Part shown: piece by piece, positions 18,743 to 27,956 of the stretch
How positions within the stretch are numbered: position 1 is the stretch's first letter
Layout: every line of letters starts with the position of its first letter
Source of the DNA: an uncultured Bacteroides sp.
GTDB lineage: Bacteria; Bacteroidota; Bacteroidia; Bacteroidales; Muribaculaceae
Length of the DNA stretch: 64,000 bases
Assembly (NCBI GenBank): GCA_964495725.1
Contig: CAZBWZ010000001.1
Coordinates: 5,070 to 69,069, forward strand
Direction: 5' to 3'
Notes under the pieces: model-generated
Database searches by the model: none
What the model saw: the letters and a program-made list of their open reading frames with translations, nothing else
What the model was told of the DNA's origin: nothing
Translations under genes and position numbers: made by a program

Positions 18743-21700
18743 TTAGAGTGTAAGATTAAGACCGAACACAAATTGCTTGGTGAGAGGATAGTCGAGGCGA
18801 CCGTTCATTTCAGGATCGTAGCCCTTGAGCAGGCTGCTCTTTGCAATCACAAACGGGTTGGTGAGTGTGGTGTAGACACGCAGCTTGCTGATACCGGCGC
18901 GCTTCATCAGGTTTTCGGGCAGTGTGTAGCCAAGGGTGATGTTCTTTACCTTGAAGAACGAACCGTCTACGAATGACAGACCGTAGTAACCGGTGTAGCT
19001 GGTGAGGTCGCGGCTGCTGTTGAGAGCGGGGAAGTAGTGATACTGGTCGCCGGTCTCTTCTGTCCAGTAGTCGAAGTATGTCGGGAAGTTGGACGCAGCC
19101 TTCGGGTCATACGAGCCGAGCATTCCGTAGCTGAACATCTGACCGAATCGCCAGTAGCAGTATACTGACAGGTCGAAATTCTTGTAAGTGAATGTATTCT
19201 TCAGACCCATTGTCCAGTCGGGTGAGTTGTGACCGAGTACTTGGCAGTCGTTGTCACCTACTACATACTGGTTGTCAGCATCGTAGTGTACGAGTGTGCG
19301 CTCTAACACACCGTTCTCGTTTTCAACATCCTCCCAGCGTGAGTACTTACCGGGGCCGTCGTGGATGAGGTTGGGGATATTTACCTTGAGGTCACCGGGC
19401 TTGCAGCCGAATACTGCTGCATCTTCGGCCTCGGATGTGCGCCATGCGCCATCAAGCTTGTAGTGGTAGAATGAGTTGACGGGATAACCTTTGTAATATA
19501 CCTTACCGTCTGTGCCGTTCTTGATATATTCCTGGTCGTCGGTCATAAGCTTGGTGATCTTCTCATGATTTGCAGTGAAAGTAGCGTTGATTGTCCATGA
19601 GAAATCGCCGGGACGACGCTCGATAAACGGACGGCCTGTCACTGCGAGCTCGATACCGTTGTTGAGTGTCTCGCAGACGTTGATATTGGTCTTGTAAGGA
19701 GTGGTGGCTGAGAACGCACCGTTGGAAGATGCAACGTCACGGCTGTAGATCACACCCTCGGTCTTGGTGCGGTAGTAATCGGCAGTGAGCTCGATGCGGT
19801 TGTTGAGGACAGCTGCATCAACACCAAAGTTCCAGCTCTTTGACTTCTCCCAAGTGAGAGTGAGGTTGGCGATATTCTCTGTGAAGTAGCTTGTGTTTGA
19901 AAGACCGGGGCCGAGGATTGCCACACCGGGGATGAATGACGAGTAGCTCGAATAGGGATCGATCTTTGCTGTACCGGTGACACCGTAGCCTGCGCGGATC
20001 TTGAGGTTGTCAAGCCACTGGCGACGCAGTTTTGCCATGAAGGGTTCGTCAGAGATACGCCATCCTAATGAGAATGCGGGGAATGTATCCCAGCGGTTGC
20101 CATCTGCAAGCACTGATGATCCGTCGCGGCGCACCGACACACTTGCGAGATATTTACCGGCAAACGAGTAGTTGATACGGCCTACGAACCCGAGACCCTT
20201 TGACATTATATAGTTCGTGCGGGCAAATGTATTGGCGAGGTTGGCGTTTCCCTCGCTGAGGTTGTGCCACAGGTAGGAGTTGGAGGAGATGTTTGTACCG
20301 TCGCCCTGGAGCATACTGAAGCGGTTGTGGTTCCATGACGACACACCTGTGACGGTGAAGTTGTGGTCTTTGTTTACCGTGAAGTTATAGGTCACGATAT
20401 TCTCCCACTTGTAGTTGGTGGTGTTGCCCTGGTTAACGTATGCGTTGACATGAGCATTAGTGCCCTGTGATGTAGCACCCGAGTTGAAGTAGTAGAGGTA
20501 AGAACCCTCACCCTGGAAGTAGTTGTGGGTATTGAATATGAGGGACGCATTCACCCTGCTCTCCCATGTAAGACCCTTGATCGGGGTGATACGGATATAG
20601 GGGTTGAAATACAGACGTGTTGTCTGGTAATTATTACGGTAATTGCTGTGGTTGTTGAGCAGGAGGCTCGGAGTGTCGCTACCGGCGATAGGCGAGATGT
20701 TGACATTGCCCTCGCTGTCATAGAGCGATCCGATAGGGCTCTGGATCAACATGCGCTCGAGCTTGGCGTATGCCGAGTTGCGATACTGGTAGCTGCCCTG
20801 GAGGTTGACACCTACATCGAGCCATGAGCGCACCTTGTGGTCTACGCGGATATTGGTCGAGTAGATCTTGTTGTTATCATTGTCATACTGACCCTGCTCG
20901 TCTGAGAAGTTGAGTGAGAAGTATGCCTTGGTCTTCTCTGTGCCGCCGCTGACAGACAGTGAGTAGTTCTGGGTAATACCGGTCTTGAGCAGAGCGTCGG
21001 TCCAGTTGATGGAGTTCTGGCCCAGCCACTGGTTGACGGTGAGATTGGGGTTGGCGTCGAGAGCGGCCTGATATGTACCTGCGGCGCTGCCGAGCACGTT
21101 GGAGACATCTGTCGATCCACCGCCGGCGATGATGGCCTTTTCGCGGAGGTTGTAGAATCCTACAGCGTCGTATACCTCGGGTACTGTCGACCATCCGTTG
21201 ACACCGAGATAAGCGTTGAGGTTGACCACAGTCTTGCCCTCTTTACCGCTCTTTGTGGTGACGATGATGATACCGTTGGCACCGGCCGAACCGTAGATAG
21301 CGGTTGATGATGCGTCCTTGAGCACCTCGATGCTCTCGATATCATTGGGGTTGATAGTGTTGATATCTCCGGGCATGCCGTCGATAATATAATTAGGATC
21401 ACCTAATGCAGTGAATGAGCGTGTACCACGCAGTTGCACCGAGGGAGTGGCACCTGCCTGACCCGATGCACGGGTGATGTCGAGACCGGCCACCTTACCC
21501 TGGAGGGCGTCCATTGCATTTGAAGTAGGCGAAAGGGTGATATCATCATTCTTCACGGTGGTGATGGCACCGGTGAGGTCGCGGCGTTTCTGTGTACCGT
21601 AACCGATGACCACTGTCTCATCGAGCACGTTGGCATTGGGCTCGAGCTCGATATTCAGGTCGCTTGAGCTGTTTACGACAACACTCTTGTTTTTGTAACC

Positions 21701-22030
21701 TACGTATGAAAATTCGAGCGTGGTACCTTTGGGCACTTTCAGGCTGAAATTTCCATCAATGTCGGTGAGCGCACCGGCATTCTTGCCTTTGATCATTACG
21801 GAAACGCCGATCAGCGGATCGCCGAATTCATCCACTACCGTACCTTTGACGGTCAGATCCTGGTTAGCTGCCTGAGCAACCGGCATGGGGCTCTCGGCGG
21901 TGACACCTCCGGCGTAACCTGTTGCGCCGCATCCCGCTACGAGAGTGGCGACAAGCAGACCTTGAGCCAACTTTCTGTCTGTGAGGATGTCGCAGACTGT
22001 GGCTGACATAGATTTGGGTCTTTTCTTCAT
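18743..22030 (-). CDS. SusC/RagA-family TonB-dependent transporter
   Basis: NTE (DPLIGVSV..TDIDGNF), plug (IESIEVLKDASSTAIYGSAGANGIIIVTTK), FPAFSLGWRISDE, LTWEKS, DGSFFKVKNITLGY. Confidence 0.95.
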   Translation of the reverse strand: MKKRPKSMSATVCDILTDRKLAQGLLVATLVAGCGATGYAGGVTAESPMPVAQAANQDLTVKGTVVDEFGDPLIGVSVMIKGKNAGALTDIDGNFSLKVPKGTTLEFSYVGYKNKSVVVNSSSDLNIELEPNANVLDETVVIGYGTQKRRDLTGAITTVKNDDITLSPTSNAMDALQGKVAGLDITRASGQAGATPSVQLRGTRSFTALGDPNYIIDGMPGDINTINPNDIESIEVLKDASSTAIYGSAGANGIIIVTTKSGKEGKTVVNLNAYLGVNGWSTVPEVYDAVGFYNLREKAIIAGGGSTDVSNVLGSAAGTYQAALDANPNLTVNQWLGQNSINWTDALLKTGITQNYSLSVSGGTEKTKAYFSLNFSDEQGQYDNDNNKIYSTNIRVDHKVRSWLDVGVNLQGSYQYRNSAYAKLERMLIQSPIGSLYDSEGNVNISPIAGSDTPSLLLNNHSNYRNNYQTTRLYFNPYIRITPIKGLTWESRVNASLIFNTHNYFQGEGSYLYYFNSGATSQGTNAHVNAYVNQGNTTNYKWENIVTYNFTVNKDHNFTVTGVSSWNHNRFSMLQGDGTNISSNSYLWHNLSEGNANLANTFARTNYIMSKGLGFVGRINYSFAGKYLASVSVRRDGSSVLADGNRWDTFPAFSLGWRISDEPFMAKLRRQWLDNLKIRAGYGVTGTAKIDPYSSYSSFIPGVAILGPGLSNTSYFTENIANLTLTWEKSKSWNFGVDAAVLNNRIELTADYYRTKTEGVIYSRDVASSNGAFSATTPYKTNINVCETLNNGIELAVTGRPFIERRPGDFSWTINATFTANHEKITKLMTDDQEYIKNGTDGKVYYKGYPVNSFYHYKLDGAWRTSEAEDAAVFGCKPGDLKVNIPNLIHDGPGKYSRWEDVENENGVLERTLVHYDADNQYVVGDNDCQVLGHNSPDWTMGLKNTFTYKNFDLSVYCYWRFGQMFSYGMLGSYDPKAASNFPTYFDYWTEETGDQYHYFPALNSSRDLTSYTGYYGLSFVDGSFFKVKNITLGYTLPENLMKRAGISKLRVYTTLTNPFVIAKSSLLKGYDPEMNGRLDYPLTKQFVFGLNLTL

Positions 22031-22105
22031 GATTTGTGGAGATTTTGTGTATTTATGGTTAGTTTTTTGGTATTATCTGTTTTGATTTTCCGGTATTGTA
22101 TTGTA

Positions 22106-22164
22106 TCATATCACCTGTCCGTTACGTACGGCGTGTACGGGATTCGTCCGTATTTGTGACATGA
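22106..22164 (-). other. Predicted three-way-junction RNA structure at the 5' end of the susC leader
   Basis: P1 UCAUGUCAC/GUGAUAUGA (one G-U), P2 UACGGA-CGAA-UCC(C)GUA, P3 CCGU-ACGUA-ACGG. Starts ~5 nt after the -7 element. Confidence 0.4.
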
Positions 22165-22169
22165 GACCG

Positions 22170-22177
22170 CAAATTTA
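22170..22177 (-). promoter_or_regulatory. -7 promoter element for the 18743-22030 susC/susD pair
   Basis: TAAATTTG on the minus strand. Shares the 14-mer GCAAATTTAATAAT (+ strand) with the promoter at 36185. Confidence 0.6.
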
Positions 22178-22217
22178 ATAATTTTTTGGTAAAATTTCAC
22201 AATTTCCATAAAAAATT

Positions 22218-22264
22218 AAAAAAAGGGATGCACTTCTCCGCATGATCGGATAAAGTGCATCCCT
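22218..22264 (-). terminator. Intrinsic terminator
   Basis: AGGGATGCACTT...AAGTGCATCCCT stem with a T-run on the minus strand. Confidence 0.75.
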
Positions 22265-22294
22265 ATGATTGTCTATTATAATTATACTGCTACA

Positions 22295-25200
22295 TCAGAG
22301 CTTGTGCAGCCAATATACATTGCCACTCTTGGCATCGAGGTTGTATGAGCCGGCGGTCTTTACCGATTTGCTCACGAGCGCTGACTTTCCTGTCTTCTTG
22401 TCGTAGCTCATGATACGGTATTTGCCGGACTGCAGAGGCAACGACACTACCCCGCTCCCGGTCGGATATATGATGGCACCGTCATCGCCCGCAAGGCTCA
22501 CATATGATGTATCGGTGCGGGTGACGGGCTTCATCTTGGCAGCCGCGCTGAGGAAGGCTTTGTCATCGACAGGTATCCCGGCAAGCGAACCGCCGCCCAT
22601 AAATACCGCCCATGCCATGTCGGGATAGTTCTGCGCGTAATACGTCACCGCTTTTTCAGGGTACTTGGTGCGGTACTCGCTCACGGCCTCGTAGGCCTGG
22701 TCGAATGTCACCTTGCCCACCTTCATCTTGCGTGCGTGCTGGCGGGGTGCCAGATTCTTGCCGCCCTCGGGGGCATATATGCTGTCGGTGTTGTAATGCC
22801 AGTAGCGTATGTCGATGATATCCACCACATCGTCGTATTTGGGATTGGCAAGAATGGCATCCTGCACATCTTTTGTGGTGCTGAGAGCAACCTTCACATC
22901 TTTTCCGGTCTCTTTCTGCCACTCGTCGATGACATCGAGCCAGAATTCGGTGAAATGCAACGGACCGGTGTATTCGGCGCTGATCAGATGCACCACGTTG
23001 GGCTGGTCGGCGAGCTGCTCGAGATTCATGCGTATGTAATTGCGGTGTAGCTCGCGACGCACCGGATGGTTGATGTCATAGAACATATCGGCCACGAAGA
23101 TGCGCTTGTCTCCGGCAAACGGCACGGGCTCGGGAAAGTCGGTATCGTTGATGTTGTTCACCGAACGCCACGGGCAGTCCACCCAATGGGCTCCTGCCTC
23201 AAGGATGTTGTGCTGGAAATATTGCTCGTTGAAGAGGAGCAATCCTTCTTCGGCTCCGCGTGTCGCGAAATCGTTGAGACGGCTCCAGTACCATGCGTTG
23301 GGACGGTTGAGGTCATATTTGCTGAGACCGTCCCAGGCTGTGCCCTGACCGCTGCGCGCGAAAGGCTGCTCGTAGAACGGAGCCCATACATCACCGTCCT
23401 GACGGCGCACACGCTCGTGGTCGTCGCGGCGGCGCTCATACCAGAGGCCGTAATTGTGGTCGAGCACGACAATATCGGCATCAACCATAGTGGCGATGGT
23501 GGAATCGATGCGGTCGGTAAGGCCGAGACCTTCCCTACCGGGCACGAAGCGTGTCACGTGGGGCTTGGCCTTGACGGTGTACGACGGCTTGATCTTGCCG
23601 TTCCACCACGGCACCTCGTGACGGCCCCCGACAATGGCTGCACCGTCGGCTACAAAAACACCGTCGGTGATATCAAAATCCGGAGCGGATGTTGGTATGT
23701 CATCCTTGCATTTGATCTTCATAACATCAATGACTGCCACACCCGCAGGGTCGAATGATACGAGAGCCGGAGCATCGGCTATCCACCGGTCAAGTGTAAG
23801 ACGCGGTATGTAGGCCTCCTGAGCGAGCTGCATGGCGGCCTCTACGGTCGGACTGCTCGTGGCGTTGGTCTCCATGGGCAGGATGCGCGACTGTGACTGA
23901 GGCACACTGTCGACACGCTCGGCAAGCTGAGCATAGAAGAAGCTGCGGGGCTGCACGTGGTTGTTGCTCTGCCCCCAGTAGCCGTCGCCTGAGAACTGAG
24001 CCCAGCATCCGTAAGCCGAGTTGGGGGTATCGGCCATCGGTGTATAGCACTCTATCTCCGAGGCTGTGCATTGCCATAGCAGAGAATTGCCGGTATTCCA
24101 TCCAGCCCCGTTCTTGTCCTGGCCAAGGTTGGCGAACGTGATATCGCTGCCATCGACATTCACGATATCGAAGAGCAGGCCGGGAGCCCATGCATCGCTC
24201 GCACCGCTGAAGCCGAGGGCCTCGATGGCATCGCATTGCACGAAGGCATTAGGCCCGGGAGCGTACATCCCGGCTGAGAAGTCATGTATTCCGTGCTCGG
24301 AGTAGCAACGCTGAAACAGGTTGTTCTGTCCGAGGGTCAGGAATGTCGACCTGCGCATCCCGCCTATCTCCGACACAGGGTCGGTGGATCGGCAGTCTTC
24401 GACAGTGACACACGAGGCTGTAGGTTGCAGAATCACTGCGCTACCGGCGAAATGACGGAAATCGACCTTGCGTACCCAGCAGTCCGTGGCATTGGCGACA
24501 CTTACACCCACCCAGCAATGATCTTCATCCTTAGGATTATTCTTATCGTAGTCCGACTCAAGGGTCAGGTACTCGACTCCTACCTCTGAGATTCGTCCGG
24601 GCCATGTATAGGTCATGACCGTCGATTCTCCCCACCGGCTGTCGAGAGCCATGGTGACCGGAAAATCGAGAGTGATACTGCCTGGATTGACGGCGGCAAC
24701 GGTGCGGTCCCACATCATTGTGGCATCACCGGGTTTCCAACCTAAGGCGCTTATGCCACCGCCGAATTCATCGCATTTCATCGCAGCTATCCATTCGGCT
24801 GTAGACGGGCGTTGCACAAACACTCCCCCGCCCTTGCTGAAGGCATCTACGTTTGCCACGGCGATATCACGGGAATTGACGGGCACATAGCTGTCGGTGA
24901 TGGTCACGGTGTCAGTGATGACAGGGTCGTAGATACCCTCGACATATATCAGGGCACCACGGTCCACTCCTGTCTTATGCAAGGTGGTGACAGCCTCGCC
25001 GCTGCCGCGCAATGTCACGCCCGAGGCGGATATGCGCAGGGGTGTTGACAGTTTGAATGTACCCTTGTCGAGCAGCACGGCACCGCGTCTGCCCTCGGCA
25101 TCGGTCGGCAGAGACGATACATAATCTATCGCACGCTGTATCCTCGCGCTCTGGTCTCCGTCGGCCCATGGCACGAATACCGAGTTGGCGACCGCAGGCA

Positions 25201-25378
25201 ATGGCAGAGCTGAATTGCGGTAGCCGCACGACGAATAGTCGAGCAGACGGTTGCCGAGCGAATCAATATCATAAACGAGCTTGGTTCCGTCAGGCTTGAC
25301 AGGGAAGTATGGCCGCGGACCGGCCATGGCAGCGATCGCCGCCATGGCCGTAGTGATGGTAATAAGAGATTTTCCCAT
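22295..25378 (-). CDS. Secreted two-module protein: pectin-lyase-like beta-helix plus DUF6298-like barrel (putative CAZyme)
   Basis: Signal peptide; GDQSARIQRAID..RGAVLLDKGTF and NLFQRC/PNAFVQC beta-helix repeats; C-half HNYGLWYERRRDDHER, SKYDL...WYWSRL, SAEYTGPLHF, DIRYW. Confidence 0.6.
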   Translation of the reverse strand: MGKSLITITTAMAAIAAMAGPRPYFPVKPDGTKLVYDIDSLGNRLLDYSSCGYRNSALPLPAVANSVFVPWADGDQSARIQRAIDYVSSLPTDAEGRRGAVLLDKGTFKLSTPLRISASGVTLRGSGEAVTTLHKTGVDRGALIYVEGIYDPVITDTVTITDSYVPVNSRDIAVANVDAFSKGGGVFVQRPSTAEWIAAMKCDEFGGGISALGWKPGDATMMWDRTVAAVNPGSITLDFPVTMALDSRWGESTVMTYTWPGRISEVGVEYLTLESDYDKNNPKDEDHCWVGVSVANATDCWVRKVDFRHFAGSAVILQPTASCVTVEDCRSTDPVSEIGGMRRSTFLTLGQNNLFQRCYSEHGIHDFSAGMYAPGPNAFVQCDAIEALGFSGASDAWAPGLLFDIVNVDGSDITFANLGQDKNGAGWNTGNSLLWQCTASEIECYTPMADTPNSAYGCWAQFSGDGYWGQSNNHVQPRSFFYAQLAERVDSVPQSQSRILPMETNATSSPTVEAAMQLAQEAYIPRLTLDRWIADAPALVSFDPAGVAVIDVMKIKCKDDIPTSAPDFDITDGVFVADGAAIVGGRHEVPWWNGKIKPSYTVKAKPHVTRFVPGREGLGLTDRIDSTIATMVDADIVVLDHNYGLWYERRRDDHERVRRQDGDVWAPFYEQPFARSGQGTAWDGLSKYDLNRPNAWYWSRLNDFATRGAEEGLLLFNEQYFQHNILEAGAHWVDCPWRSVNNINDTDFPEPVPFAGDKRIFVADMFYDINHPVRRELHRNYIRMNLEQLADQPNVVHLISAEYTGPLHFTEFWLDVIDEWQKETGKDVKVALSTTKDVQDAILANPKYDDVVDIIDIRYWHYNTDSIYAPEGGKNLAPRQHARKMKVGKVTFDQAYEAVSEYRTKYPEKAVTYYAQNYPDMAWAVFMGGGSLAGIPVDDKAFLSAAAKMKPVTRTDTSYVSLAGDDGAIIYPTGSGVVSLPLQSGKYRIMSYDKKTGKSALVSKSVKTAGSYNLDAKSGNVYWLHKL

Positions 25379-25386
25379 TGTCGTGT

Positions 25387-26055
25387 TTATAGCTGTCCGC
25401 CACGTGCCTTCACACGCTCATACCAAGCGTCTCTCTCGGCCTGCATGTCATAGCCCCGAGCGGAAAGATAATTATTGATACGGCCTTTGTATTTACCGAA
25501 CGTCTCATGTTTTTTCTTAGAGTTTTCGGCATCTACGGCAAGCTCGCGGGCCTCGACGAGCCATGCGTATATCTGCACTTTCTCCTCATCGGTGAGACGT
25601 GGTATCATGTCGAGATATGAGTCGTAGGTCACCTTCACCACTCCGTAGGTCATGCCATCCTTCACGGCCTCGATCTGCTCGGGCGTGAGATAGACAGACA
25701 GGTCGGCGGGAAATTCAAAGTGGCATCTGTAGAGAGCTGCGTCGGCTTCCTTGGCGGCATAGTCGAGGGCGGATTTCTTGGCGTCTCCCTGGAGAGAATC
25801 CTTGGCATACTTTATCTTGGCGTCTCGGGCCTCATAGATGTCGTTGAGCTTGAAATAGCGGTTGGCGATGATATTGGTGACATGTGTGGCCACGTTATCA
25901 TCGGTGAGACCGAGGTTGTCGACTATCTTGCGTGACCGGCCCACAATGGAGCTGACATATTCCGGGTCACGGCCTTCGCTCTTGAGATCCACAGCGAATA
26001 CCGGCATTGCGGCGCTGAGTGACAGCAGGCAGATGATGATTTTCTTGAATTTCAT
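25387..26055 (-). CDS. DUF3826-family periplasmic protein
   Basis: Signal peptide; LTPEQIEAVKDGMTYGV..EARELAVDA..KH..FGKYKGRINNYLS..GYD. Confidence 0.7.
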   Translation of the reverse strand: MKFKKIIICLLSLSAAMPVFAVDLKSEGRDPEYVSSIVGRSRKIVDNLGLTDDNVATHVTNIIANRYFKLNDIYEARDAKIKYAKDSLQGDAKKSALDYAAKEADAALYRCHFEFPADLSVYLTPEQIEAVKDGMTYGVVKVTYDSYLDMIPRLTDEEKVQIYAWLVEARELAVDAENSKKKHETFGKYKGRINNYLSARGYDMQAERDAWYERVKARGGQL

Positions 26056-26064
26056 ATCAGTCCG

Positions 26065-27804
26065 TTACATTAGTTTGCCTTTGGCGGCGAGAGTGTCGTA
26101 ATTATTGCGGAGGTCCTTCCAGTCAACATTGTTCTTGGTAGAAATTCCGTTGATGTATTTCTCGATGTTGGTATAGCCGTCGCCAGTGCAGTCGGCGTTG
26201 GCATCGGATGCGTCGTTGGGGTTGAGCCCGTTGGCTGTCTCCCATGCGTCCGGCATGCCGTCGCCATCGCTGTCTACGTAGGGCTCGCCTTTATACTCGG
26301 GGTATCCGCCCATCTGCATGGGGTCGGTGATGATACCCACCTTGTATGAATCCTTGGGCATACGGCGGTACTTGAACTGTCCGTCGTCACCCATCGACTT
26401 GGGAGCGAGTCCGCTGATGTCGCCGTGATGATTTTTTGCAAGATTCTCATCGTAGTAAGGCACGCCTGTACGCACCTCCTCGATTATGCGCTCGTCGATA
26501 ATGTCTCGGCACGGGATGGTGGCACCTGCATTGTCGAGCACGTAATTATAGGCTTCGTCAGCTCCCTGTATGCGCACGTATGGCATCTCGAACGGCGATG
26601 TGGCCCTCATGTATGAGGTGAATTCACCGCAATCGGGGTCAGACTCGATCTGTATACCACCGGCCCAGTTGTCAGCTGAAATCTCGGGATAACCCTCCAT
26701 CACGTTGCCCTCGGCATACACTCGGCCATAAACCTTGTGGTCGAGCTTGCTGCGTCCGGCCTCGGGCTTGAGGATACGGTGACCGATATTGCCCTCGGTG
26801 GGTGTGGCGGGTCCCGGCTTGTAATAATTGTTGATCATGTTGAATTTGGCGGTGTAGTCTCCTCCGTCCGAGGAGCGGTGTACCCAATTGTACACTACAT
26901 TGTTGACAAAATTGAATACGCCGTTCCAGCCTATCGACGGGTTGCGGCCCGAATTGCTGGCCCAGAGATTGCGGGCGAACATACAATTCTCGCCGCCGAG
27001 AGTGGAGCCGAATGCGTGGTTGTAGGTGTCGAGAGCCTTTGCCGAAATGGAGTTCTGGATGGTTACATTGCAGGTAGGAAGCTTGAGCTCGGTCACCTCG
27101 TACTGACCTTCGCTGGGGTCGTACATGTGACGGTAGAACGAGATGTTCTCATCAAGTCCCCACTCTGCCGAACAGTGGTCGATCATGATATTGCCTACAG
27201 GATTGCCGCCGAACGAATCCTCACGGTTGTGGGCACGGGTATCGCCACGGCGGAAGCGCATGTGACGGATGACCACGTCGTGGGTATCTACCTGGAATGA
27301 CTCACCGGCTATGCACACACCGTCGCCGGGAGCTGTCTGGCCTGCGATGGTAACATAGGGGGCGCGCACATAGAGCGGTGTCTTGAGGTTGATTACACCT
27401 GAAACGTTGAATACTATTATACGGGCGCCACCCTGCTCGCATGCCCATCTGAACGAGCCGGGACCATCATCGTTGAGGTTGGTGACGGTAAGCACCTTGC
27501 CTCCGCGACCGCCCGGAGTATACATACCTCCTCCCTCAGCTCCGGGAAAGGCGGGAATGGTGGCCTTCACCAGATCATCGGGGCGGGAGGCCCAGGGCAC
27601 ATACGGGCGACCCTCACGGGCCTGCTGCTCTACTATCGGTTTGGCTATCGCCCACGCTGAATCAGCATGCTGGCGTGCGGCAGTGATCATTGTGGTGTAA
27701 TCCTGTCTTGCCTGCTCGTTGAGCTGCGGATACTGAGCCATCACTGTCACCGGCATCAGGGCTGTCGCAGCCACTGCTGCCCTGAATATACTGTCTTTTC
27801 TCAT
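26065..27804 (-). CDS. PL1 polysaccharide lyase (RG-II backbone lyase-like)
   Basis: AFPGAEGGG..GGRGG..VTNLNDDGPGSFRWA, TIAGQTAPGDG, IDHCSAEWGLDE, RNP; C-terminal DSDGDGMPDAWE Ca-binding tail. Confidence 0.88.
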   Translation of the reverse strand: MRKDSIFRAAVAATALMPVTVMAQYPQLNEQARQDYTTMITAARQHADSAWAIAKPIVEQQAREGRPYVPWASRPDDLVKATIPAFPGAEGGGMYTPGGRGGKVLTVTNLNDDGPGSFRWACEQGGARIIVFNVSGVINLKTPLYVRAPYVTIAGQTAPGDGVCIAGESFQVDTHDVVIRHMRFRRGDTRAHNREDSFGGNPVGNIMIDHCSAEWGLDENISFYRHMYDPSEGQYEVTELKLPTCNVTIQNSISAKALDTYNHAFGSTLGGENCMFARNLWASNSGRNPSIGWNGVFNFVNNVVYNWVHRSSDGGDYTAKFNMINNYYKPGPATPTEGNIGHRILKPEAGRSKLDHKVYGRVYAEGNVMEGYPEISADNWAGGIQIESDPDCGEFTSYMRATSPFEMPYVRIQGADEAYNYVLDNAGATIPCRDIIDERIIEEVRTGVPYYDENLAKNHHGDISGLAPKSMGDDGQFKYRRMPKDSYKVGIITDPMQMGGYPEYKGEPYVDSDGDGMPDAWETANGLNPNDASDANADCTGDGYTNIEKYINGISTKNNVDWKDLRNNYDTLAAKGKLM

Positions 27805-27831
27805 TATCTAAAAATGTTTGATATTATACAG

Positions 27832-27893
27832 GCCCCCCTACCCCCTAATGGGGGAGCGCAAGTATTTTTGTCCCCCTTTAGGGGGTAGGGGGC
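27832..27893. repeat. REP/REPIN-like doublet: two inverted copies of a C5-TAA(T/A)-G5 hairpin unit
   Basis: GCCCCCCTACCCCCTAATGGGGGA - 15 nt - TCCCCCTTTAGGGGGTAGGGGGC. The arms are near-perfect reverse complements and each is itself a hairpin. Confidence 0.7.
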
Positions 27894-27909
27894 TTTTATC
27901 TTCTTCTTT

Positions 27910-27945
27910 AAAAAAATGGCAGCCGCACATAAGGCGGCTGCCATT
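27910..27945 (-). terminator. Terminator/stabilising hairpin after susD-like gene
   Basis: AATGGCAGCCGC-7nt-GCGGCTGCCATT with a T-run on the minus strand. Confidence 0.75.
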
Positions 27946-27956
27946 ATCGCGTAATC

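Noticed and set aside
27832-27893. G-quadruplex
   Set aside because: Only three long G-runs per strand, and Watson-Crick hairpins would compete.
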